This document shows, piece by piece, positions 18,102 to 25,879 of a stretch of 46,183 nt of DNA. The stretch is from a virus: positions 1 to 46,183 of the IMG/VR virus record IMGVR_UViG_3300050133_000017. One strand, 5' to 3'. Numbering within the stretch: the stretch's first letter is position 1; each line of letters starts with the position of its first letter. The notes under the pieces are model-generated. The model did no database searches, had not been told where the DNA came from, and worked only from the letters and a program-made list of their open reading frames with translations. The position numbers and the translations under genes were made by a program.

Positions 18102-18412
18102 ACCGGCACCCCGTCAGCGCCAGCGTCGTGAGTGATGCACTTCAGCTTGCTGATACGATCAAGAAGGATGTTGACGCGAGATTGGGACTCAGCGCGCTCG
18201 GCCTGAACGGCTTTTTCAAGCCCGTCGATCTGAGCGGCAACCAGATCAATATCAGGAATCTCAAGCTCCTGCTCTACAGTACTAAGCAAGATATAGTCCG
18301 ATGGCTTGCCGTTGTAACTTTTCGACATATCGAAGTCGTTGACTCCGACCTGGCCACCTCCGTAAGGCGCGATTGATTGCGTGATGTACAGCGTGAAAGT
18401 TTGCTTAGCCAT
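18098..18412 (-). CDS. Hypothetical protein with C-terminal coiled coil (104 aa)
   Basis: First gene after promoter P18. ATGA coupled downstream. Confidence 0.55.
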   Translation of the reverse strand: MAKQTFTLYITQSIAPYGGGQVGVNDFDMSKSYNGKPSDYILLSTVEQELEIPDIDLVAAQIDGLEKAVQAERAESQSRVNILLDRISKLKCITHDAGADGVPV

Positions 18413-18452
18413 GGTCTTGCCCCTGTCATTGGGTTGCGTGTTTGGTTGCCAT

Positions 18453-18482
18453 ATAATAGTTATCCGTTGCCCACTATGTCAA
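18453..18482 (-). promoter_or_regulatory. Family promoter P18: TTGACA-N18-TATTAT
   Basis: Minus strand: gTTGACAtagtgggcaacggataacTATTAT. -35 at 18477-18482, -10 at 18453-18458. Confidence 0.7.
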
Positions 18483-18895
18483 CTATTATTCGCGACGAAG
18501 ATTAGGTAGTCGGCGTAGGCAAGCTTGAATTGCTCATAGCCGTACACGATTGCGGCGAATCCGCCCGACTCATCCACGGATTTTAGAAAAGCTCGCTGAT
18601 CCTTGGTGACTGGCGACGAATCCTTTTTGCTGAGCCTCTTCAGCTCAAACGCCCCACGAATGGCGCCAAAGTCGATGATGTCAGACACGCCATTCTTCAC
18701 GCCCATTTTTTGCCGCTTAGCCAGGTGCTGAGCCCAGCCAGGTTTTTTCTTGTCTACCGTCAACTCGTTGGGGACATGCCAAATAAGCGGCCAGCGATCC
18801 GGGTGGTTGTATTGCAGCCACGAAGCGCAATCGATCTGCTCATATTCTTCGCGGCGGCATTCGCCTCGGTAGTTGCTGTCGTAGGTGCGGATCAC
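18479..18895 (-). CDS. VRR-NUC domain nuclease
   Basis: GTG 18895 follows GGAGG and overlaps the upstream stop (GTGA). Motif GVSDIIDF...FELKR...TKDQRAFL...GGFAAIVYG. Confidence 0.65.
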   Translation of the reverse strand: MIRTYDSNYRGECRREEYEQIDCASWLQYNHPDRWPLIWHVPNELTVDKKKPGWAQHLAKRQKMGVKNGVSDIIDFGAIRGAFELKRLSKKDSSPVTKDQRAFLKSVDESGGFAAIVYGYEQFKLAYADYLIFVANNS

Positions 18896-19455
18896 TTGGC
18901 CTCCAACTTTCGATAGGCATCCCACATGCGAAGGCTGGCTAGCCTGGCAATGTCGATGGCGTTGGCCGCAGATATTTTCTCGGCTTCTCGGCAAGGCTTA
19001 GCCATGCGCTTGACCACCGGGTAAATCTTTCCGTCCTGCTGGATCATGAGGATGACCCCGGAGTTCTGGGTTGGCATGGCGTCGAAAAGCTTGTCATCCC
19101 AGATGTCGGCGGGCATAGCGTAGTAATGCTTCCATACCTTGTTGGGCCACTCGCGTTTGCGTGGCGTGTGGTTACCAAAGTTTCCGTAGCCGCCATCAAG
19201 CTCAGCATCGAATCCGTGATGCCATTTATCCTTTTTGGCGTCGGCCTTCAGGTCTGATCGGCTGATCTTTATTTCCACGTCGATGATACGCAGGTTTTCG
19301 GTTACCACCAGCAGGTCGCATTCGTTGCCGGTCCAAGAGCAGTTAGGCACGACACACAGGTATTTACGTGAGAACCCCTGAGCTTGGGTTGCCAGGGCGC
19401 CAGCGATATTCTTTTCAGTCCACTTGACGGATTCTTGCTTGGCCGTAAATGTCAT
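18892..19455 (-). CDS. MmcB-like PD-(D/E)XK nuclease family protein
   Basis: Motif ECDLLVV...IIDVEIKISRSDLKAD. 187 aa. Confidence 0.55.
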   Translation of the reverse strand: MTFTAKQESVKWTEKNIAGALATQAQGFSRKYLCVVPNCSWTGNECDLLVVTENLRIIDVEIKISRSDLKADAKKDKWHHGFDAELDGGYGNFGNHTPRKREWPNKVWKHYYAMPADIWDDKLFDAMPTQNSGVILMIQQDGKIYPVVKRMAKPCREAEKISAANAIDIARLASLRMWDAYRKLEAK

Positions 19456-19760
19456 TTGTCAGCCTCCCATACCTGCCAATTGAATACGCCATCCCAACTA
19501 CCACCGAGACCAGACGCGGAAACACTTCCAGGCTTGGCCAAGGTAAAGGACCACCACTGGCGCATCAGCTCGCCAGGGAAGTAAGTCCAGGGTGATCGCT
19601 TGCTTTTGCGAAAGCCATTGACCTTGGCGCAAGAGAACATCCACAAAGTAAACGAGAGCCCAGCAGCGAAACCGTAGGCCAGTCGATAGATTACAAACCC
19701 TGCTGCCAACAAGATTAAAACCATCATCGGTGTAGCCATTACCCAAAGGATTGCATTCAT
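19452..19760 (-). CDS. Membrane protein (about 3 TM, 102 aa)
   Basis: Hydrophobic segments ILWVMATPMMVLILLAAGFVIY and GFAAGLSFTLWMF. ATGA coupled on both sides. Confidence 0.6.
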   Translation of the reverse strand: MNAILWVMATPMMVLILLAAGFVIYRLAYGFAAGLSFTLWMFSCAKVNGFRKSKRSPWTYFPGELMRQWWSFTLAKPGSVSASGLGGSWDGVFNWQVWEADK

Positions 19761-21751
19761 ACCGCCATCTCCACTACCTGATATTTACGACGACCAATCG
19801 TGTACTTGGCGCCCTTTTTCCTCGCCGAAATCTCAACCGGAACCGGAATCAAATCAATATTCTCAATCACGGTCGAAGCCTTCATCGCCCGCAACCGAAT
19901 CTTCGACCGCTGATCAATCGGCAGGGCATCAACGAACTTGGCCCAGATGATGTTGTTGACCTTCTTGTTGGCGCCTGCGTGCGGGTAGAAGATCTCCATC
20001 GGGGTTTCGCCAGTGGACAGCTCGTAGCGGAACCACAGCTTTCCGCCCGCGCCGTGACCGGCTTTCATTGAGCGGACTGGGATGGATTCGCCGTCGGAAT
20101 AGGCCTTGTTGTTTAGTGACGCATTGGGATCTATAAGGGTTCGCTTGCAACATCTGCACTCTCGCGCTACCTGGTCATTCTGCGTTTGACAGCTAGGGCA
20201 AAGACGGAAATGCCAGTAATGATCACATCGTTGAGCTGACCCATTCAGAGGATCCTTACCTGTCATCCCGATACAGCGGCGAGCATTCGGACTGTTCATA
20301 GTTTGTACGCCATGATCCTTCATGCACTTAGGGCACTCTATAAGATCTTTGCCTTCCTTCTTAGCCTTTTCCAGTTCGGCCATCTCAAGCACTGGGTTCT
20401 CGTAAAGAGCGCCCAAGGTATCCATTACCCCAGCGTAATCAAGAACAAGGGCGTCCGGCTTGCTACTGGATGCAATGAGTAGCTTTCTCAGCTCAGCAGT
20501 CAGTGCGTCACGCTCAAGCATGCTCATCTCGCCATCCTGGATCAGCAGCCGAAGAATCCGACCGATGGCCTGGATCAGAAGAACGATGGCGGCAATGGGG
20601 CGCATCAGAACCTCAGTGTCCCACCACTGTACATTGACCCCCGTTGTCAGGACGGCCACGTTGATTACGTATTTCAGCTTCCCCGCCTTGGCTGCCTCAA
20701 GGATTCGCGTCTGCTCCTTCTGCGTGGTCTTGTCGATGATCACGCCTATCTGACTGGGGTCCACTCCAAGTAGCTTCATGGCCGCTGCTATTTGGCGCGT
20801 GTGGCGCTGCGTGGCAGCGAATACAACTACGCCGCCACGACTCTTTGACTTGCGGATGAAGTCTGCGCAGATCGCAAGACACAGCTCCTTGTCACTAACT
20901 GCTGCATCCAGCTCATGTTCCGGATAATCCCAAGTCTCCGTCGACAAGTGGCTGAAGTCATAATGAGTATCTTGGTCGTCAGGAAATCCAAATTGAGGGG
21001 CCACAACCCATCCCTCCTGGATCATAAATTCTGTCGAGATAATTCCATTGCCTACACCTCCCTCTGGATAATCAGGGTCTCCAGGTTCAATGCTGGCGAC
21101 CTTCTTCCATAGGTGCTGCGGGGTATTTCCTACTATCGAGCTGATACCGCGAAATGGTGATCCAGTCATACCAGCTAGGCGCATATGGGGCTTGATATCG
21201 TAGAAGTGCAGCAGGGTCTTCATGTACTGGGAGTCTTCCGCTTCGAACGGAACTTGATGCACTTCGTCGACCAAAATTAGATCGGGGTGAAATTTACCAG
21301 CCGCCGACTTCCAGTTCGGATGTCTGGTTTTTTCTTCTTCAGTCCACGGGCTGAATCGGTACTGGGTTAGGGCTCTAGCAATGCTTCCTTCGGTTGCGTA
21401 CACAACCTTGAACGCAGTTGACTTCCTATTGAGTGAAGCGCTGAAGACCGAGTTCTTAACGTTGGATTTCCACGCCTCATCGCTGTTCTGAGAACAAAGG
21501 AGCGACTGCCTTTGAATGACCAGGATATAAACCGGGATATGCTCTTTGCCCGCCGCCGAATCACGCTCAATCTTGGCGTCTTGTACCGCCTTGGCGCACT
21601 CGGCGAGCATTACTGACTTGCCACTGGATACGGACGCCGAAACGATAATGGGCGGATGAATATCGCGGTCGAGGAATTTGGTGGTTTCACGCGACCTGAA
21701 GTGTCGGCAAAGGGCGGTGACGGCTGGCTTTTGGAATGATAGGAGTGGCAT
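19757..21751 (-). CDS. SF2 (DEAD/DEAH-like) helicase with C-terminal zinc ribbons
   Basis: Motif I SASVSSGKS, motif II LILVDEVHQ. C-terminal CPKC...C and CPSC...CRCC clusters. 664 aa. Confidence 0.75.
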   Translation of the reverse strand: MPLLSFQKPAVTALCRHFRSRETTKFLDRDIHPPIIVSASVSSGKSVMLAECAKAVQDAKIERDSAAGKEHIPVYILVIQRQSLLCSQNSDEAWKSNVKNSVFSASLNRKSTAFKVVYATEGSIARALTQYRFSPWTEEEKTRHPNWKSAAGKFHPDLILVDEVHQVPFEAEDSQYMKTLLHFYDIKPHMRLAGMTGSPFRGISSIVGNTPQHLWKKVASIEPGDPDYPEGGVGNGIISTEFMIQEGWVVAPQFGFPDDQDTHYDFSHLSTETWDYPEHELDAAVSDKELCLAICADFIRKSKSRGGVVVFAATQRHTRQIAAAMKLLGVDPSQIGVIIDKTTQKEQTRILEAAKAGKLKYVINVAVLTTGVNVQWWDTEVLMRPIAAIVLLIQAIGRILRLLIQDGEMSMLERDALTAELRKLLIASSSKPDALVLDYAGVMDTLGALYENPVLEMAELEKAKKEGKDLIECPKCMKDHGVQTMNSPNARRCIGMTGKDPLNGSAQRCDHYWHFRLCPSCQTQNDQVARECRCCKRTLIDPNASLNNKAYSDGESIPVRSMKAGHGAGGKLWFRYELSTGETPMEIFYPHAGANKKVNNIIWAKFVDALPIDQRSKIRLRAMKASTVIENIDLIPVPVEISARKKGAKYTIGRRKYQVVEMAV

Positions 21752-22368
21752 TAGATGATTTCCTTCCCTGCTAGATAACGAGTACGAAGCGCAATAGCTA
21801 TGCGTGGATCGGTTTGAAGGTCGGCATAACGACAGGCATGCTCATGCTTTTTAGCCCTCCAAGCCAAATGCGCATCTATCGAATCAGCAAATAGCCCAAG
21901 ATGATCATTTTTCCTTGTGAATGGATTTTTGCACTGAGCCATATATTTGTTATTTTTCTCCATCCATGTGCAGCCGATAGTTTCTCTTCCCTCTATAGGG
22001 TTGTACCCAATCAGGAAGTTATTTAAAGGTTGGCTGACGAATACGCATATCTCTGGCGAATAGATCTTGTTGCCTGGCAATAAAATATCCTTGTCCAGGG
22101 CCTTGCCTCGCCAATCCTGAGAAGACATCCACATCATGAAAGAAGAGAACGATAGCCACTCATCGCAAACCGTGCAGCCAATATAGGCTGGCTGTTTATT
22201 TTGGAATCGCTGCGAATAGCATCTTGTAAGCATGCTCGCCCATACACGATAGAATGGGCATACCCACAAAACCTTCTGCCTTCCATTTATCCTTTTTGAT
22301 TTGGTCGACACGGTGTATCCGGCATCATTAACGCCTACGCCCATCACCAGCTTTACCTTGGCACCCAT
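21751..22368 (-). CDS. AP2-domain DNA-binding protein
   Basis: ATG 22368 (MGAKVKL...). N-terminal FYRVWASMLTRCY...CDEWLSF motif and C-terminal GCTWMEKNNKYMAQC...HLGLFADSIDAHLAWRAKK (AP2-like). Confidence 0.55.
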   Translation of the reverse strand: MGAKVKLVMGVGVNDAGYTVSTKSKRINGRQKVLWVCPFYRVWASMLTRCYSQRFQNKQPAYIGCTVCDEWLSFSSFMMWMSSQDWRGKALDKDILLPGNKIYSPEICVFVSQPLNNFLIGYNPIEGRETIGCTWMEKNNKYMAQCKNPFTRKNDHLGLFADSIDAHLAWRAKKHEHACRYADLQTDPRIAIALRTRYLAGKEII

Positions 22369-22380
22369 AAACCCCACCCA

Positions 22381-22493
22381 CAAAAAAGCCCTTTGACTGT
22401 TAGCTGGTGAGACTCCTGGCAGGACCTGGATCGACGGCGGTCAATCCTGCAAGGAACAGCTAACATCAAAGGGCTCTGGTTAGCCGTCGATCC
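22381..22493 (-). promoter_or_regulatory. Structured intergenic RNA element: long-stem intrinsic terminator/attenuator with an alternative 11-bp pairing
   Basis: Arms 22387-22406 and 22457-22475 pair over about 19 bp (one bulge). On the minus strand TTTTTTG follows. 22428-22438 (ggatcgacggc) is perfectly complementary to 22483-22493. Confidence 0.6.
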
Positions 22494-22538
22494 TGTTTTG
22501 CTTCTGGGTCTCACGCCATCCGCAAAACAATTATGCCC

Positions 22539-22802
22539 TCACTCGATTGGTAATTCAACACCGCAACGATTGATCTGATCGACGCGCTTTTGGTTGGCCT
22601 TGTTTTCTGCGCGCTGGCGGATGAACTCCAGCGCCTCGGCCTCGCTGTCGAAATAGCGGTAGTAGGTCGATAACTTGGAATCACGTCTAGCAGTTTTCAT
22701 CCGACCAGAAGTGTAGATGTAAAAGCACTCGGTCTCCTTGTCGTATTCCTTGCGCTCAGGAGCTCTCGCATAGGGACTGACCAACCATTTCACAATAGTC
22801 AT
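22539..22802 (-). CDS. Hypothetical protein (87 aa)
   Basis: Start overlaps the ParB-like stop. Confidence 0.55.
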   Translation of the reverse strand: MTIVKWLVSPYARAPERKEYDKETECFYIYTSGRMKTARRDSKLSTYYRYFDSEAEALEFIRQRAENKANQKRVDQINRCGVELPIE

Positions 22803-23710
22803 TATTCGTAACCCCCAAACAACTCAACCTGCTTGTCAGCATCCAGCGCCTTGCCAGCCTGCTGCATTTCGCGAACGGCCATGATCAGGTCACCCAATGC
22901 TTCGGAGCTAACCAAAATCTTGTCAGAGACTTTTCCATTGCTGATTGCATCCTCCATCAACCTACCAATGCCATTGACTAGAACCACCGCATTAGAAACC
23001 ACCATATCCACACGCGGACGACTAGGCGGCTTAGGTGCCACAACCTTCGCAGTCACCTTGGCCTTACCCTGCTCAGCAGCCACTTCAATACGGCGCTCCA
23101 GTTCCTTGGGGGCTTCATCGCCGAACTCGCGCACCAGTTTTACAGCATCTGTAGGTGAAATCTTGCCAGCCGCTACGGCTTGATGAACCTCTTCCGTGCC
23201 TTTGCTTGCCAGCAAGATCATCTGGTCAACGTGCGCCAGCGACATGCCTGCCTCTGCGGCAATCTCCTGGCGGGTTGCGCCAAGAACATCGCGAGCATGC
23301 AGGTAGATGCGGCCAAGCTCGATTGGCTTGAGCTTGAGTTGCTTGTTGCTGGAGGCGATGCGCATTTTGCGCTGGAATGGGGTGCCGTTGAATTTCACGG
23401 CGTCGATGTAGTTATCGAATTCCGGGTCGATGCGCGAGTATTCCAAAGCGGCCGCATAGCGCTGATGACCGTCGACCAGCTCAATGTCGCCGTTTTCAGG
23501 GTTTACCCAGACTTCAATGGCGGGAATTGGCATGCCCGCCACGATGGCCGCGACAATGCTGGCGATGTGTTCGCGCAGTTCGTCGTCCTCGGTACGCTCG
23601 TTGAAGCCGTCGACAACCTTGATGTGCTTGATGTTTACGCGGATTGAGTCGCCGCGCTTGGCGGCTTCGTTGGTTTTATCGGATGCGATGTTGTTGAGGG
23701 TGTAGGCCAT
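22802..23710 (-). CDS. ParB/Srx-like N-terminal domain protein with HTH
   Basis: Motif ELVDGHQRYAAA. Central HTH-like GATRQEIAAEAGMSLAHVDQ. 302 aa. Confidence 0.65.
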   Translation of the reverse strand: MAYTLNNIASDKTNEAAKRGDSIRVNIKHIKVVDGFNERTEDDELREHIASIVAAIVAGMPIPAIEVWVNPENGDIELVDGHQRYAAALEYSRIDPEFDNYIDAVKFNGTPFQRKMRIASSNKQLKLKPIELGRIYLHARDVLGATRQEIAAEAGMSLAHVDQMILLASKGTEEVHQAVAAGKISPTDAVKLVREFGDEAPKELERRIEVAAEQGKAKVTAKVVAPKPPSRPRVDMVVSNAVVLVNGIGRLMEDAISNGKVSDKILVSSEALGDLIMAVREMQQAGKALDADKQVELFGGYE

Positions 23711-24255
23711 TATTCTTGCTCCTTGACGATCTCGATTGCTTTAGCTGGAGAGGTTTCGATAATGGTTTTCAGGATTGGCTTCCAAATTTTCCACCAGCTT
23801 GATGCCATAGGATCCATACTCGATATTTCTGAATCGCCAAAATTCCACCATTCTTCCAGGGTGTGGAATTGGCAGCCAATCTGCATGCGTTCGGCGGTGT
23901 AAGTGACCGGCCAATAGTCGCATTGGATCGATTTAACTTCTGACATATTGCCGATAGCGCCCCATATAGATTTGGCGTAGCGCAGGTTGGCGTAGCTCAG
24001 GGTGGCGTAGCTCAGGTTGGTGGAGCTCAGGTTGGCGTAGCGCAGGTCGGCGTAGCTCAGGTTGGCGTAGCGCAGGTCGGCGTAGCTCAGGTCGGCGTAG
24101 CTCAGGTCGGCGTAGCGCAGGTTGGCGTAGCGCAGGTCGGTGGAGCTCAGGTCGGCGTAGCGCAGGTCGGCGCGTTCTCCAGCCTCATCGCCAGCAAGCC
24201 ATTTGTGATGCTTTTCAATAACCTCTGCAAGCTCTACAGCAGTAAAAGTCTTCAT
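23710..24255 (-). CDS. Pentapeptide-repeat protein
   Basis: ATG 24255 follows AGGAG. It has 13 consecutive A(D/N)L(R/S)Y-type pentapeptides (ADLRYADLSSTDLRYANLRY...). 181 aa. Confidence 0.85.
   Translation of the reverse strand: MKTFTAVELAEVIEKHHKWLAGDEAGERADLRYADLSSTDLRYANLRYADLSYADLSYADLRYANLSYADLRYANLSSTNLSYATLSYANLRYAKSIWGAIGNMSEVKSIQCDYWPVTYTAERMQIGCQFHTLEEWWNFGDSEISSMDPMASSWWKIWKPILKTIIETSPAKAIEIVKEQE
23975..24170 (-). repeat. 15-bp periodic coding repeat (gtagcKcaggtYggc) encoding the pentapeptide repeats
   Basis: Read directly from the sequence. It lies in frame within CDS 23710..24255. Confidence 0.9.
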
Positions 24256-24306
24256 GGGTATTGCTCCTGTCAGTTGAGATAATAAATATACCACAAACAA
24301 TATCGA

Positions 24307-24576
24307 TTATTGCAAGGGTATTTTGTATTCGCCGGAAAGCAGTATTTTACAGTCGCCGAAGCCGGTGCGGTGGGTGTGGTGGTAGCCGTCGCAATGGCAG
24401 GATTTATATCGGCCAGTCTTGGCGCGCATCTGCGGCAACTCAACGCGGTGGCGGTATTCATCCTTTCGCCAGGATCTGGCGCCACACACGCAGCGGGGCT
24501 GGAGATCGTAGGCGTCCGGGTGCATCTTGAGTTTTCGGCGGCCGCCACAGGATCGGCAGCGGCAATGAGTTTTCAC
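24307..24576 (-). CDS. Cys/His-rich putative zinc-binding protein (89 aa)
   Basis: GTG start overlaps the upstream stop (GTGA). Motifs CRCRSC, CVC, CHCDGYHHTHRTGFGDC. Confidence 0.5.
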   Translation of the reverse strand: MKTHCRCRSCGGRRKLKMHPDAYDLQPRCVCGARSWRKDEYRHRVELPQMRAKTGRYKSCHCDGYHHTHRTGFGDCKILLSGEYKIPLQ

Positions 24577-24710
24577 AGATCAACCTCGCAAGCAGGCCAA
24601 ATCGCCCGCGCCTCGATTACCGCAGCCGCATGATCAATGGCACCATCCAGAACAACCATCTGAAATGGTGGATAACCGGTTACGCAGATTGTCCAGGTGG
24701 ATTTGGTCAT
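24573..24710 (-). CDS. Small hypothetical protein (45 aa)
   Basis: ATGA coupling to the upstream gene and GTGA coupling downstream. Below the track cut-off. Confidence 0.45.
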   Translation of the reverse strand: MTKSTWTICVTGYPPFQMVVLDGAIDHAAAVIEARAIWPACEVDL

Positions 24711-25141
24711 TGGCCACCCTCCTTCATGCTAAATCCGATCTGGCCGGATCGAGTCTCTGGCAGGTCGGCTTGCGCCATCACGCGCATGCTCGGGCAAGGT
24801 AGGACGCCCATGCCGTAGTGATAGCCACCACAAGCCAGGCATTTGGGATCTTGCCCGGTGAAAGGCGCACCCTTGAACGGAGACATGTCGTCGATACGCT
24901 TTTTCAGCAATTCGTTTTCAGCCTTGATCTGCTCATTGGCCCGCACCAATGCATCGCGGCTATCGCAAACGGAACCGATTGTGTCGCCGAGTGCGCGGCC
25001 AACATTATTTGACACTTCAAGCTCAGCGAGAATTGAAAGAAAAGCATCCGGATCGATCTGGAACGTGCCAGGAATCCCGAAATGCTCAAGCTCGTTCTTA
25101 CGTTGAATGGTGGCCCGCTTAAGATCTCCGTGCTTGCTCAT
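24707..25141 (-). CDS. Hypothetical protein with central coiled coil (144 aa)
   Basis: ATGA coupling to the HTH gene. Confidence 0.55.
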   Translation of the reverse strand: MSKHGDLKRATIQRKNELEHFGIPGTFQIDPDAFLSILAELEVSNNVGRALGDTIGSVCDSRDALVRANEQIKAENELLKKRIDDMSPFKGAPFTGQDPKCLACGGYHYGMGVLPCPSMRVMAQADLPETRSGQIGFSMKEGGQ

Positions 25142-25344
25142 TTCGAAAACCCCGGATTACCCTGCCGCTTAATCTCGATCCCAAGCATACGCAGTCGACG
25201 CAGCACCGTCTGCTGACTGATGCCAAACACCTCGGCAATCCGGCGCGACGGCGTACTGTTTTCGTACATCAGGATCATTCGCTGATGCTGATCATCAGTA
25301 AACGGTATCGTGTTGTCATGATCCGTGCTGATCGTATTTTTCAT
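25138..25344 (-). CDS. Small HTH DNA-binding protein (68 aa)
   Basis: HTH-like RRIAEVFGISQQTVLRRLRMLG. It is the first gene after promoter P25. Confidence 0.6.
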   Translation of the reverse strand: MKNTISTDHDNTIPFTDDQHQRMILMYENSTPSRRIAEVFGISQQTVLRRLRMLGIEIKRQGNPGFSK

Positions 25345-25357
25345 TGTTCCAAGCCTC

Positions 25358-25387
25358 TTGAGTTGAACGCTTCGTGGGGACTATAAT
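25358..25387 (+). promoter_or_regulatory. Candidate rightward promoter TTGAGT-N18-TATAAT sharing its -10 with P25
   Basis: Perfect TATAAT at 25382-25387, on the opposite strand of the P25 GATTAT (25383-25388). The -35-like TTGAGT is at 25358-25363. Confidence 0.45.
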
Positions 25388-25411
25388 CGCGACAAATAAT
25401 CGTTATGTCAA
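25383..25411 (-). promoter_or_regulatory. Family promoter P25: TTGACA-N17-GATTAT
   Basis: Minus strand: gTTGACAtaacgattatttgtcgcGATTAT. -35 at 25406-25411, -10 at 25383-25388. Confidence 0.65.
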
Positions 25412-25423
25412 CCGGATATACCC

Positions 25424-25879
25424 ATGAAGAAAACCATTTTGCAAAAGACAGCTGATCGGCTGTCAGCGTCACCAGAGGGCACGGTGCTGCTCGACCTCAT
25501 CAATCGGGCCGGAAACCCTAATGAGCTCGCCAGGAAGATCGGCGTGCATGCTCAGCTGGTGCGCCAGTGGATCTATGAGGGCAAAGTCTCCAGACAGGGG
25601 GCGCCAAAGGTAGCGCTGGCATTCAATACCACCCAAGAGGCGATTCGGCCAGATGTCGATCCGGCGGAATGGATTAAGAAGCCTGTTGAGCAGAAGGCCG
25701 CCCGCGTACCAGTCGCCCGCAGTGACGATGCCAAATTTCTTGTTCGGCTGGCCAAAAAGCATGGCAGCGTGAAAGCTGTGTGTGAAAAAGCATCCTGCAC
25801 GGTCGCCGATTATCACACCTGGAAGACTCGCGGTCGCATTCCGGCGATCAAGCTTCCTGCGTTTTTGGCGCTGATTTGA
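25424..25879 (+). CDS. HTH DNA-binding protein (Cro/YdaS-like, 151 aa)
   Basis: HTH-like NELARKIGVHAQLVRQWIYEGKVS. It is transcribed opposite to the surrounding genes. Confidence 0.55.
   Translation: MKKTILQKTADRLSASPEGTVLLDLINRAGNPNELARKIGVHAQLVRQWIYEGKVSRQGAPKVALAFNTTQEAIRPDVDPAEWIKKPVEQKAARVPVARSDDAKFLVRLAKKHGSVKAVCEKASCTVADYHTWKTRGRIPAIKLPAFLALI

Noticed and set aside
23975-24170. Short periodic DNA repeats that could be mistaken for a CRISPR-like or ToxI-like array
   Set aside because: The period is 15 bp with no spacers. The repeats are entirely in frame within the pentapeptide-repeat CDS.
24285-24315. Possible promoter for the pentapeptide gene (TGgTATATT extended -10 on the minus strand)
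   Set aside because: The only -35-like hexamer (TTGCAA) is 19 nt away, and the site lies in the end of the upstream gene. It is too weak to call without transcription start data.
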